From Lingula anatina (lineage: Eukaryota > Animalia > Brachiopoda): DNA of 64,000 nt. The notes under the pieces were generated by a model. It was not told the DNA's origin, searched no databases, and worked only from the letters and a program-made list of their open reading frames with translations. How positions within the stretch are numbered: position 1 is the first letter of the stretch; every line of letters starts with the position of its first letter. The position numbers and the translations under genes were made by a program. The stretch spans positions 12,276,001 through 12,340,000 of the forward strand of contig CM120642.1 of assembly GCA_051362555.1 (NCBI GenBank). The letters run 5' to 3'. Positions 1 to 12,212 of the stretch are shown here, piece by piece.

Positions 1-191
1 ATGCGCCATGTTTACATATATACACTGAAGCACTATACTTTCGTTGACAAGACAATTACATATAGCAAAGATCTGCAGATCATTCCCTTTGACTTCCAGA
101 AACAATTAGATAGAGCTATTTCGTATTAAATATATAAAAGTCATTCCTAATGACCTACAGATTAATTAAACGTTAATGTTTATTTCTCCAG

Positions 192-332
192 GTGTACCGT
201 ATTTGTATTGGCGGCGAACTTCTGACTTCTGAAGCAGGTTTCGACATGTTTCCTTGTCCACAGGGAACGCTGTTCGACCAAAACACTTTGACCTGTCAGC
301 ACGCAGCTAATGTGATATGTCCACAGGAGTAA
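192..332 (+). CDS. Terminal exon of a chitin-binding type-2 (CBM14/peritrophin-A) domain protein; upstream exons lie outside the window
   Basis: The acceptor tttctccag (ends 191) is followed by VYRICIGGELLTSEAGFDMFPCPQGTLFDQNTLTCQHAANVICPQE* (TAA 330-332). The Y..C...CP.GT.FDQ....C.....V.C spacing is the C-terminal part of CBM14. Not in the ORF track. Confidence 0.85.
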   Translation: MYRICIGGELLTSEAGFDMFPCPQGTLFDQNTLTCQHAANVICPQE

Positions 333-544
333 TGGGCGGAGTCTCTCGAAATGGTTTTTCAAATCTTATAGATGAAAATATAAGAGATGTGTAATAATAA
401 TAATAATAACAATAATGTCACCGCAAAGAACAATTTCCCTGTCGTTAATGACTCAAAAACTTGAAGGCTGACACTTTTACAAAATACCCTTTAGATATAA
501 ATGTTTTATTAGCACGATTAGTGTGTATTAACCATTAGCCTTTA

Positions 545-547
<3 letters not shown>

Positions 548-582
<35 letters not shown>
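548..582. repeat. (GT)n microsatellite
   Basis: About 17 uninterrupted GT units. Confidence 0.95.
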
Positions 583-583
<1 letters not shown>

Positions 584-838
584 TGAATTTTGATAGAAGC
601 AGGGGCCAAAAATTATGTCCGCTATTTTTCTGAACGTTTCGACTATTTCGTGCATCGTACTGTCAGTCTTGGCTGAACGTCTCCTGTCTTTTTCTAATCC
701 TTTATGTCCATCTTTTAGTCATTCACCTGTAGAACTTTCACTTTTAGCATGTCAGTAAATTCAAGTTCACAGTTTCGTGTTTTCCTCTTCGTCTGCACTC
801 CATGTATTAGTTTCCCTTTGCGCGTCCGCTTTTAAAGA

Positions 839-2872
839 CTAACTCACATCTATATGAAATATTTCTATTTCGGTTTTGGCATTTTCTGAATCTTCTATTG
901 TTGTCGAAATATCTGTGCTATTTTCTTTCATCCCAGAATTTCCACGTAATGCATTTGATGCCTCAAATCTCTCTAATATAAGCCCGCCGATTTTGGTAAC
1001 TGAAGCAAAGAAAACGGCGCCAAATATGATAATCCCAACAGAGATGAGGATCAGTTCGGTGGTTAAAGGCCTCACAATAGCGAAGGCAGCCACCAGAGCC
1101 ACGGTATCCAACACGTAGATCAAGGCAGCAAGGACAAGGCGGTGGAAGTGACTGCCAATCACCGACCCGAACGGTGCGCCGACGATGACAACCGGCACTG
1201 TGACGGCCACATATTCCCAGCAGTCAATGGAGACGCCTCCAATGATGACAGCCCTCCAAAACAGTCCAACCACAGTGTTTCCCGCCATCAGGACGATGGA
1301 AGTGGGCGTGGCAGTTTTCTCGCTGACGCGGAACAGAAGGGTGAGGATACTAAAGCTGCAGATATCCAGTCCACTTCCGGCAAACGACGTAAACATCCCA
1401 CCAGCAAAGCCTGTCAGAACCAACACCAAGGCTTTCCAACAGTTAAACATTGGTATCTTAAGAAAAGTACGTCGCTTGTGGTTTATATTAAGGAAAAATA
1501 GAGCAAATGCAAACGTGAACCAGATGCAGACAAATCCCAACTTTTTCTGAGGTGGGGTCAATAGCGGGCTCACGTATTCCAGGCCAATAATGATTCCCAC
1601 AGCGCCCCCAAGAGAGGAGAAAAGTATGGCGTGCCATTCCAAGTGGATTTGCATGTAGATGATGGTGAATGCTGCCGCCGGGAGTCCAACAGACTGGATG
1701 GCCATGGAGAAGTCTCTGGCCACGATGGGGGAGATTTTAAACGCCAAGGTCATCACAGGGAAGGCCACGGCTCCTCCAGCCTCACTGGTCATTCCTGGTA
1801 AACAGAAACAAAAAACTGGTTTCGTGAATGCCTACATTCTTTAAGAAAATGAAAAAATCCATGGAAAAGATAAAGACCAATTCTATCTTGCTACATATTT
1901 ATCAGATATTGCTTACTTTTGAACATTACTGTATTTTTGCACAGCGTCTGGTGTGTGCAACTTTACCTGCAACTAAAGAGCCCAATACCATGGTTATGGT
2001 CATGAAGTATTTATCTGTGAAAAGGCCCCAAAAGTTGTATCTGATCATAATAGACAGCCACGCAAACATGATGATGGTGACTGGGATGACAAACGCAACG
2101 ATGCGTCTGTACCGTACCATAAAGATTTTGTACCACACGGCGTCCGGAGGGAGATTCCTAAGAGCCTCCTCTTGGGCTGGAAGTAAATGCTGACCTAAAA
2201 AATAGTAAAAAGGTTTATTATAGAAAATAATGGTTAAATGCGTTTTGTTGCTTAATGTTACAAGTAAACCCGTGTCGCAATAGTATAAATCTATTCGATC
2301 CGGTGTAACGTGACAGTGTCCCCCATAATGGAGAGTACAGGTAAACCTCGCCCTAGATTTTGACCCACTGAGGTCAGGCTAACCCTAACCACTATGACAA
2401 AATGGAGAGAGGATTTTCTGTTACACGGACCCTCAGTTCGTTTCACCGGCGTTACTGTTTTCGCTTTCGGCTTGCTTTTATTTTACATGTGTTTTTTTTA
2501 TCTGAAATGCATTTTCATAAAATTACTTAAAATGAAACTGTACTTTTGAGAGCCTTGAAACGAATGAAATAATAAATTCTCGGTCAATCTGCGGTAGTTT
2601 TCTGCGCATTGCAGTCACATTTGACGGCTGATACCCTTCGATTCTTTCTTTAACCCCGGAAGTGAAAATGAGTTAAAATGACTAGAAATTGTCATTTTTT
2701 CTATCTTTAAGCTCCAGAATGTGACCTTTTTCTTTTAATTTCTTAGTCACTTTCCTTTGTGAAATAAGTACTGCTGAGACAAAATATTACCTTCGCAGAA
2801 GTATTTCTTTAGAAACGCTTTTAAATTAAAAGGGCGTTTCAGGACACAGCATCTAGAAATTGATGACGTCAT
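839..2872 (-). CDS. TauE/SafE (sulfite exporter) family multi-pass membrane protein, ~421 aa, 3 coding exons
   Basis: Exons 2872-2791, 2194-1967 and 1794-839 join through GT-AG introns in matching phase (KKYFCEG|QHLL; GSLVAG|MTSEAGGAVAFP). Two internal repeats with G..AG...GG motifs, the A.ATS-like motif TATPTS, and many hydrophobic helices. The start ATG is inferred; an acceptor at 2881 implies an upstream 5' UTR exon. Confidence 0.85.
2300..2428. mobile_element. Short MITE-like remnant
   Basis: Terminal inverted repeats ccggtgtaac / gttacacgg, with an internal ctaaccctaacc telomere-like motif. No clear TSD. Confidence 0.35.
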
Positions 2873-5723
2873 ACTGTCGTCTGCCGGAGAGAGGTGAAAT
2901 GCTCCCTGAAGTGCAAAGAGATTTTGGTTTAAATTTATTACACACATTTTCATTTGGTACCTACTGCTGTCACTATCATTCACTTGTGTGTAAAGTTTAC
3001 GGAAACGGTCGGAAATCGTTGCAATTCTTTCTGATAGTTTATCTATTAAGGTTTCTTCGTCGTTTATCACACCAAAAGTCGGGTCAAGTAACGTAACTCT
3101 ATTCAATTATTCTTTAAATAAGTGGGCAGTTCTCGTTACAGCTATACTTTTTTGTTGTTAGGATTTAATGCAGAGAAGTGGACGAAATACACATTTCTTT
3201 AAAATCAGAATAAAAAACCACTTGTCATTGTGCGTGTTATTAGCTATCTTTTACAGACATGACAACTTTTTTCTAGTTTAGCGAAATCCTTGTTTACATT
3301 AATTAAAGGCAAAATCTAGTATAGAGATGCAAATTGCAATTTGGCTCAAAACATTGAAATAAGGATAAAACGTGAAAGACTGAAAGAAAGTTTGGCTTAA
3401 ACCTCGAATGCCCCTTGATGGTAATGTGCTTATCTCACTTAAAAGTACGTGGCAACATTAAGTCATATAATGAACCTGATTTGAATGTAAAAAGGACGAG
3501 AGTTACTAATGTTATCCTTAACCCGGTTAAATGACAATTTCATGTGCAGATAATCTTACATAAAAAAACTGAACAAAAAGACAAGCAGCAACACGGTTTG
3601 CATTTCTGACAAAACTTACAGTTTCTGAGACAAGGATGCATTTTTTAAAAAATGAACGAAAAAATGAATGATATTAGAATACCACGGTAGCAGCTGAAGT
3701 GGTATTAATACCTTCACCCTGATGCATAATTGCACGACTCGTCTGGAAATAACTGCAATAAAGTCAAACCCAGATATTATCCAAGCCAACGCATTAAAAT
3801 CTCTTACCAAGTATCTATACAGTAATAACCTTCTTTCTTCTAATTCTGAGCTCGGAGTGTCACCCAGGGATGTGTCTGTCTTTGAATTAATATTCAGATG
3901 CAGCCGTGCACATTTGGACTGGTAATGAGATTCCAATACATTACGTCTATAGACGAATCGCGTGTGATAATGAATGCATTAATTCACGCGGTGTCTTAAT
4001 GTAGCCTACCAGTCTTTACATTGGTTTTTAATTGCTTCCGTGAATGAGAACGCTTACACTCTCTTACTCCTATATTCATGATATGTAGAAATTTGTTACT
4101 TTCTTCAAGAAACATTTCATGATCACAAACAATTCCCCAGTGTTGGCAAGGAAAGTGTTGTCATTAACCAAAAATGTGTAAGACTTCCTTGCACCAGCAG
4201 ACAGATGGAAAGTCTAAGGTAGTTTTAATTATTTTGACGAAATGCAGTGCAGTATGAAAAATGATATAGCACTAATGTGGTTTATTTGGGGTGTGCACTA
4301 TCTTTTTATGTCTCCTCCATCCCAGACAGGCTGTGTACCACAAACTTTCATATTTTTATTCACAACAAGAAAGAAAGCAACGAAGAATATCGATGGTGCG
4401 AGATTTGGCCAAATCATATATTATATAACCCCACTATCCTAATAATTTTTATGTAATAATTTGTTGCCAGTATTAAATGTTATGGCTTTAGGGATGAAAA
4501 ATATATATCGAATATTCAATAAGACTGCTAAAAATTATGATGTGACGAGTCAGCAAAAGTTATCATTTACAAACAATTGTACTCAAATTTCGTGTACATT
4601 GGCTATCATTTAAAAGTCATATACTGGTACTTTTTCAACTTATGAATGATCACTGTGTATGAAAAACATCATTGACATCGCCAAGCAAACTTTTATTTGT
4701 GAAGTATTTTAACATTTATGATAAATGAACACCTGTCGAATTCACACATCAAACAAAAAGTAACATATAAACAGCTTAAAATAGACATTAGGCTTTAAAA
4801 AAAAGATAAAAGGACAGCAGTGCGATGATGCAGAGTATGTGAGTCACAACTTCTGTGCACAGTACGCCTACTTTTCAAAAATAAGAAAAAAAATTAGTAA
4901 AAAAAAAAAAACAGTAAAAATAGTAAAGTTAGTAGAATATGTTGCATATGCATCAGTTTAACCATAATTAGTATGGAGTTGTAGAATATTTCTTGTCAAA
5001 ATAAAGTGAGTAATTTACAAGCATCACATGGCTTAACATGTCACTCGCCACAATAACTTCAAAAATTATAACACATATTAATTCCCAAAATAAGGGCATG
5101 GAAATTCTGTTAAAAATGCAACAGACAAACTGAATTGAAATTCAAGGAATCAAACGAAACTAAAAGGTATGCTCTGAGGGATCTGCGCGCCACATCTAAT
5201 TATCCTTAAAAAAGCATTTCTTCCACTTACAAACTACTGCGCAACCCATGCCTCTATTAAAGTTTTCTAACAATTCTACTGTAACTTAGTTCTAAACGAG
5301 CCATGATTGGTTTATACCGTCTCTTTGACATTCCAGAAGGAACTACCGACATTGAGGCATTTGAGATCTGACATGTGACATGTAGCACTGCAGTATAAAA
5401 AGCCATTAAAATGTAAGACTTTGGGACATATCACACGCGTATAATTATAGTTATGATATAATTATAGTTATGATACTGAAAACACATTAGTGTGCAACGA
5501 TTTGGAATGCATGGGTATTGCAATTTGGATATATGTTATAGTCTTGAGTAAAATATATCTTGCTTTTTTATTCTTGCGCTAGGAAAAACAAGGTTTCACA
5601 AGACCTATAACAGCCATCTGTTTTAGATTTGGTTTTAGATTTGTTACTTAAAATTGTTCTTGTTTCATTTAATACTGTATAAATGACTCAGTCGGTCCTC
5701 TGTTGCTGTTGTCTGTCTTTTGA

Positions 5724-8700
5724 TCAACCGTCCACAACAGTGTTGCCTTGGTGATAGAACTTGAAATTGCTCCTCGAGTTCTGAAGATTTAAAATAATGT
5801 CGGTTGTCTATCATTTGTGGAGGGCAAGTTTAAAATTGTGGTCATACTGATTCTTCTGACAGAGGCGTACTTCTTGTTGAAATAAAACATTGTGGATAAG
5901 GCATCCAGTCGTAATTTACACAAATAAAGTTCGAACCCATTACAATTTATTCTAGTCAACGATCTTTAAACTTATGTAATTCTTCGTAACTAAGAAAAAA
6001 TAGCCAACATCATCGCCTCCCGGTTGTTGTGATCATTATCATTTCACTTTACTCACCCTTAACTGTCGAAGCTGGATTTCAAGTTCGAGAATTTTTGAAT
6101 GCGCCTCCTCTCGGTCTCGTCTCTCGGCCTCAAAGTCTTCGGTCACGGCGCGAATTTGCTCTTTCAACATATTGACATAGTCATCGTCGTTAGAACGGTT
6201 AGAAGACCGGTGTTGATCCTGGTTCCTGGCAGCGCTCTTTTTCAGGTTCTCTATTTCTTGATTTTGCTGATGAATGGTAAGACGAAGATCGCGGATGGAA
6301 TCTTGTAGCTGAAAGTTAGTGAAAGATGCTATAGAATTATTTTACAGTCACTGCGTAGTTAGAGGACAAGGGAAATGTACGAATACTTTAGAGGACTGAT
6401 GATTAAAACCAAGTTTTTTCTGCGGGTGCTAATCAAGGGCACCGTTATACTTGCAAATTTTCATTTTGATTGCAAACAATGAGAGACAATGTTATTTGAA
6501 GCCATCTTCTTGATTTTAGTTGATTTTAAAAATCATGATCCCTGCTCATACACGTTTAAATATTCTACGTTTAAATATTCTCATTCTGTCTCGAAACAAT
6601 TTAAACCACATGTAGGCCCCTACCGTACCTCAACCATTCGAAAACATCCCACATTACGTTTGTAGTAGCATTTTCTATGTATTTAGTTTAATACCCATAA
6701 ATATGTAGAGAAAAGGTTGACCATAAATACGTGATATTCACCTGTTCCTTCTCTTTTTCTATCGATGAAGTTTTCGCCTTAGCATTGAGCAGTATCTTGT
6801 CAACTTCTTTTTGCTGTGCCACTGTCAATACGTCAGCGGGCACTCTGCTGGCGCATGCGCACTTTTGCGTTTGTTTGCTCTTAAGCGCATTTTGCAAACT
6901 GATCACATAGTTGTCCCTCTCCACGTTATATTTTTGCCAATGAAGGTTAGCATCGATAACCTAAATTCATAAAAAAAGGTTGTCATGTTATGAGAGGCGT
7001 CCTGGTATAATCTATCTATGTTACAAGAGATTATCATGAATCAAAATTAGTTCTTGGTCATCAGGATATGAATAAGCGCTCGTTTTTTATTTTTCATTTA
7101 CTACTATACGACCAAAACGTGATTCATAAAAAAAGATAATTTCAATTCCGTCTGGCGAGTGAATAAACATTGATGAACAAGGTAAACCTACTGTAGTATC
7201 AAAAACTTCCATGGTAATGTTCAGTGGACTGCCCATATATACTGGTACATGTAGTTTAAGAGACGATACAGTAACATTTACCCTCCAAATAAAAATGCCA
7301 GTTATTCACAGAATCAACCTACCTCTCCTAGCTGTTGTTTCAGTTGTTGATTCTCAGATTTTAATTTGTTATGTTCTGATGATTTAGGTTGCTGCAACAA
7401 AAACGTTTTGATGTTTAAATATTTAAAAATAAATCCCGCATTCTTCTGTATGTATTTCTCAGATGGATTCAGCAGCCCCCTGTACAATACAAAATTTGGT
7501 CGATCAACCATAGATGAAATATTTGCCTTCATAATGAATTAAAACCAAGTGAACGAAACTCTGATTGCATTTGCCCAGGACCTCACCAAGGCCCTGGCTT
7601 AGAGAGATCTAGATGACAGTGCTGCATTTACTGGCAACTGAGTAATAAGAGTCGCTTGAGCTCATTATTTTGTATGAGTAATCATAGCATATCAGATCGT
7701 TGCTTCATTGTATATCTATTTATGATTTCATTTCTGTCGGACATTTTCATTTACCTACGTAGAGGTATAGGCTGCAATAAATAAGGCAAAGCATTAAAAG
7801 CTCGCCTAAATGGCGGAAGACCATGTACAAATTATATTCTTTTTGATGTCGCCACGTAGGCGAAAATATGGACACTTTCAACATACCTGGCAAAGACTTT
7901 TAGAATCTAATTGTTCCGCCAATTTTAGACACAATTCAGCGGTTTTTGAGAGTTGTTGTTTTGACGTCTCGAAATCAAAATTCTGATTCTGATTGTCTTC
8001 TTTCCTTTTTCTTTCCATTTCTTGTTCTCTAGCTATTATCTCTTTTCTATCAAAAAGGTCTCCTGTAAGTTCCTAAAACGAAACATAACTATTGTCAAAA
8101 AAGAATCCTGGATGCAGAAGGATGGACTGCAAACCCTGTACACAGTCTGACGAGATACACCATCTGACAGCTACTTGGGTAACATCGACACCCTCCTCTC
8201 TCAGAGAAAATTTTATTTCTTTCCTCATTTGTGAACTCCCGTACCTTCAACATGGGGCAACGTGACAGCTGGACTTTAGGACTTATCACCTTCGGAGGCG
8301 AGTGGCGTTAAGTGCCCCAGATGATCGCCTATGACATAAACGTGATAAGCCATCTTGAAGTATGCTAAATTTAATTTTTTTTCTATAAAAATACTCTTCT
8401 ATCCAAGACTAGAAAAGTGTCAAATATGTGATGTAAAGTGCCATAGACCTCAATCGAGTATGCGACATAAATCTCACGCAATGCAACATTAAAAACTTGC
8501 ACCGTTAATCTAATAACTTAATTATTAATATATATACTTATAATTTATTAATTAGATATTAAAACAATAGAACATGAGTCATGAACATCTGTACTGGTTG
8601 TCTGTATCACTGTAGCCTAGCGTGATATTATTCAAAAACACGCCCTAGGCATTTCTTGATTCACATGACATCTACTAAGGAAAATTAAAATTTTGAATGT

Positions 8701-8956
8701 TACCTATATCAACATTTTCAATCATAAGATGCCATGACTGTACTGTTACCTGTGAATGCATGCTGTGTCCAACTGTAAGCCAAACACTGCTATCTTCGCT
8801 TGTGGTGGAGGAAAAATTCAAATCCTCCAACTTATCCAACTCTGCAGTATTGGCGTAAGGAGTTTTCATCCCATTTTTTCTAGGGCTTGGTTTTGGTTTC
8901 GAGGAAAAATCTCTCAACGTAGATTCATCAGCTGCCGAGGTCGATCTCGATGACAT
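5724..8956 (-). CDS. TNIP2: TNFAIP3-interacting protein 2 (ABIN-2)-like coiled-coil protein with EABR and UBAN domains, ~329 aa, 6 coding exons
   Basis: Exons 8956-8750, 8072-7887, 7391-7323, 6960-6742, 6308-6057 and 5780-5724, all phase 0 and GT-AG. VIDANLHWQKYNVERDNYVISL fits the TNIP2/CEP55 EABR motif (N..WQ.Y...R..YV..L). MLKEQIRAVTEDFEAERRDREEAHSKI fits the UBAN DFxxER motif. A probable 5' UTR intron spans 9012-9081. Confidence 0.8.
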
Positions 8957-9251
8957 AATTTCCCAATTCTTCTTTTATTGAACATTGGCAGCTTTTAAGA
9001 ATCTTTTAGATCTAAATGGACAAAAGTGGGCTATATTTAGAAACACACGTTAATTTTTTGCCAACAAATGAGATATCTTACCGGTGGTCAATGTTCAGTC
9101 TGTCTAAAGAGTAAAAAAAATCCCGTTACTTTCGCATCCAGATCTGATCAGGAAAATTACTCTATTAAACAGCTGTTGCTATAAACAGGCGCATCACAAC
9201 CGGTTCTTAAAATAAGTTATTGACGATAAAAAAATCCACATTTTTACGACT

Positions 9252-9752
9252 GGAATTCCCCCAATACGCCATGATTAAGCAAATTTGAATTTAACTGCAA
9301 ATTATTTCAATTTTCGTACTTCTAAGCTCTAGATACTTAATGCATAGGTCATAAACACATGTTCAAGTTTCTGTTTTTACAAGTCCTCGTATTTATTTCT
9401 CTCGGTGTTTGAAAAAACCTCTAACTACTTCTCAGTCCGTAATACATCTATATTGATTTCACTTCGATTTAGACCTTCGTAACCGTTGAAGAAACGTATA
9501 AACAACCAGTATTATAGCAAAGTAACATTCTTTGCAAATCACCGAATCTAAAAACTTATCCTACATCACAAGTGCTATGGTTTTAGTATACCTTTGAACT
9601 TATTCAACTTCATACGTCCCGAAAATGCCACGCTGGCCACGCCATTATGACCTAGCTAGTACTGGTTTGGGTGCGCGTTCAGCCAACTGAACAAATATGA
9701 ATACCGCCCTATAATCGACTGAAGGGGGTTCCCCGCCGCTGCGGAAATTTCC
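9252..9752. promoter_or_regulatory. Cluster of NF-kB/Rel (kB) sites upstream of the TNIP2-like gene
   Basis: GGAATTCCCC at 9252-9261 (GGGGAATTCC on the minus strand), GGGGGTTCCCC at 9724-9734 and GGAAATTTCC at 9743-9752 match or nearly match GGGRNNYYCC. Confidence 0.6.
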
Positions 9753-10526
9753 ACTTTTAAGACAAAACAAAGACAGAACGCGGGAGATTTGATTAATAAT
9801 TTAAAAAATCATCCACGAAGGAGCCATGTTAAAAGTTCACTTGGTTTTTGCAAAATTAGCACGTAAGACCATTCTTACTTAAGATGTGAAACTAATAAAA
9901 TATATAAACACTTTAGATACATGTACTACTGGGATCCTGGGAATGAGTGTAAAGGCTTAGTCGACAGCTTAGTCGGTAAAACGGTTATGAAATAAATAAT
10001 AAATTAGATGGGCTAAATGCCATCCCTTAACAAGTTACTATGAAAATGTATTCTCTAAAAGGACAACAACAACAAGATAAAAATAAGATGAAGAAAAAAA
10101 AAACAGCATTGGCGCTAGTCTCTCTCTCACACACACACTCTCTCTCTCTCTCTCTCCCTCTCCAAAAGAAAAATAAAAATAAAATAAAATAAATAAATAA
10201 AATAAACAAATAATTTTGACACTTGAGTAGGCCTATAACTAATCACAGAAGGAGACAACATCAGTTGCTAACATACTTGAGCTTTATTTCATGGATGTTT
10301 CAATTAGTTCCAGTAAAGCACAGTTTAAGGTAACGGATCTTCATATTCACTGATACCCAAAAGATTTAATTTTGAAATCTCATTTAATATAAGAAAACAT
10401 TTTTGAAACAAACCGAAAATGTTTCAGATAAATAGAAAAATCATTCAATATAAGTTCCAATTTGTAAATTGCTTTTTATTGTCTTGAGTAACTGTATAAT
10501 CTGCTTCGGACATAGTATTGACATTA

Positions 10527-11573
10527 TCAGCCATAGTAGCCATAAACAGCGCCGTCTCTGGTTCGGCGTGGATTACGTCGAATAGGTGAATGTTTCTTCT
10601 TTCTGAAAACATAGAAAATCTTGAAATTATATAAAGGAAACTGAAAAGAGTACAAGTTGAGAGTGATGAGAGGGATGCATGAGGCCTATGCACGCTTATA
10701 TTTTCGAAATCACTACCTTCAATGACGATTCATTTCCAATATTAGCGAAAATTACGAAGTCGTCCACTTCATGTGATACTAAGCCTATTTATTTATAAAT
10801 AAAAATATTTCCGAAGAAATCTTACCGTGGCATTTTGACGTAGACAATTTTCTGAGATGGAGTCTCTTGTGCAAGATAGGCTGTCAGGACGAAAAAGGAC
10901 AGTGCAGCTAAAGTGGACAACATTCCCAGCCACTGGCATGGAGTTCCAAAAGGTATGAAAGTGGGAACCCTCAGCAAAACGAAAAGTCGCTCCAACAGTG
11001 AATTTCCAGGAAGCCATATCCCCCGGTACAAAATGAGAGGCAGAAAAAGTCTGGTGATGAATTCGACGCTGAAATGATAATATTCATTTTTATTATGCAC
11101 CATTGGAATCCACAGAAATTAGATAAAAATCGGCTCATTACTGGTAAAGTAGTATCAGGTTAAGCAATTTAGATTTATAATTCACTGTCTACAATATTAT
11201 AAGCAATCATTTTAATCGCGCATGTGATAGGGCCTTTCTGCTATATAGGAAAAAAGTTAAGAGATCCAAATGCAATCACTGGAAGAAGACATAAAAAAAA
11301 AGAAAAGAAAAACGTTATGTAGGGGCAGCAAATACATCTTTACTTTTGTATATAAAGTGTGGCTGTCATATCCTACCTTCCTTTCAGTGTTTTCAAGAGT
11401 GTTTGAAACTCAAAATGCATCAGCGCCAGGTTTAGTGAGCCCGCTAGAAAGATCCATGATGCAAACACTGGGCTGAATTCTATCCCTTTGTTCAGTGAAT
11501 AAATCAGGTCTTTCAAAACGGAAAACAAGCCACAGAACGAAGAAGGCGTGGCTGTTCTGCTGAACCACTCCAT
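10527..11573 (-). CDS. Uncharacterised 171-aa predicted membrane protein with a basic C-terminal tail, 3 exons
   Basis: Exons 11573-11377, 11068-10826 and 10602-10527 are joined by two phase-2 GT-AG introns (AG|gtagga..tttcag|C and CG|gtaaga..ttttcag|A) into an unbroken 516-nt ORF ending MPRKKKHSPIRRNPRRTRDGAVYGYYG*. Hydrophobic segments include VFASWIFLAGSLNLALM and WLGMLSTLAALSFFVLTAYLA. Confidence 0.65.
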
Positions 11574-11635
11574 CTTTGTTGTCTCCTGTCGTTATGGTGA
11601 TGTTTTTATTTATTTTTTCTATCACGTTGCTTGAG

Positions 11636-11649
11636 TTGTGACGTCACAA
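11636..11649. promoter_or_regulatory. Perfect 14-bp palindrome containing a full CRE (TGACGTCA)
   Basis: TTGTGACGTCACAA lies ~65 bp upstream of the orphan ATG, within the 640-bp divergent region shared with EXOSC2. Confidence 0.5.
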
Positions 11650-12212
11650 TAAAGTATCGTAACAAAATACACGTCTTTCTTCAAAAATATTTTAAATTCT
11701 TCACATGTGTTAATTGTTGATTGCAGTTAATTTCTTTTTTTTTTTTTTCTGAAATAAAAACGATCATATAGACATTTAGATGATACTGGTAGGCCTAATA
11801 ATGATAACAAACGATAACAAAATATATGCCGAATTTTGGGCTTAGGGGGCTACTAAAAAGCAAAGATGCATTTGAAATTATTTCCCACAAAAGCCGCCCA
11901 AATGACATCATATAGTTTCAAATAGTATTAAGAAATAACAAAAGGCATCTTTTCATATAACTTTTTTTTTTTTTTGAACGAACGGAATGTTAATTACGTC
12001 GTTTGTTTATGGCGTGACGATAGCGTTAACTACAAATAAATTAACGAAAAAAAAATAGTGACAAAATAGTGAATTAACAAGTGTGCCTGATATCGTTCCA
12101 AAAGACGTCCCAGATCTTAACTCAATGAACCGAAAACAAGGCGGTTGTACATACAAATATTGGAAGGGGTTCGTCTTGAAACGGGCGACATCTATATCCA
12201 CAAGCAAACAGC

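Noticed and set aside
180-362. Minus-strand 60-aa ORF
   Set aside because: It is the antisense shadow of the plus-strand chitin-binding exon.
3616-3936. 106-aa minus-strand ORF upstream of the TauE gene
   Set aside because: Non-ATG start and no recognisable motif. Splicing its donor (~3711) to the 2880 acceptor puts a stop in this frame, so it is more likely 5' UTR.
8095-8330. GC-richer block in TNIP2-like intron 1 as an extra exon
   Set aside because: The only plausible acceptor gives a stop within 7 codons in the required phase.
10793-11017. Alternative open frame over orphan exon 2
   Set aside because: Its phase does not join either flanking exon; only the other frame gives a continuous ORF.
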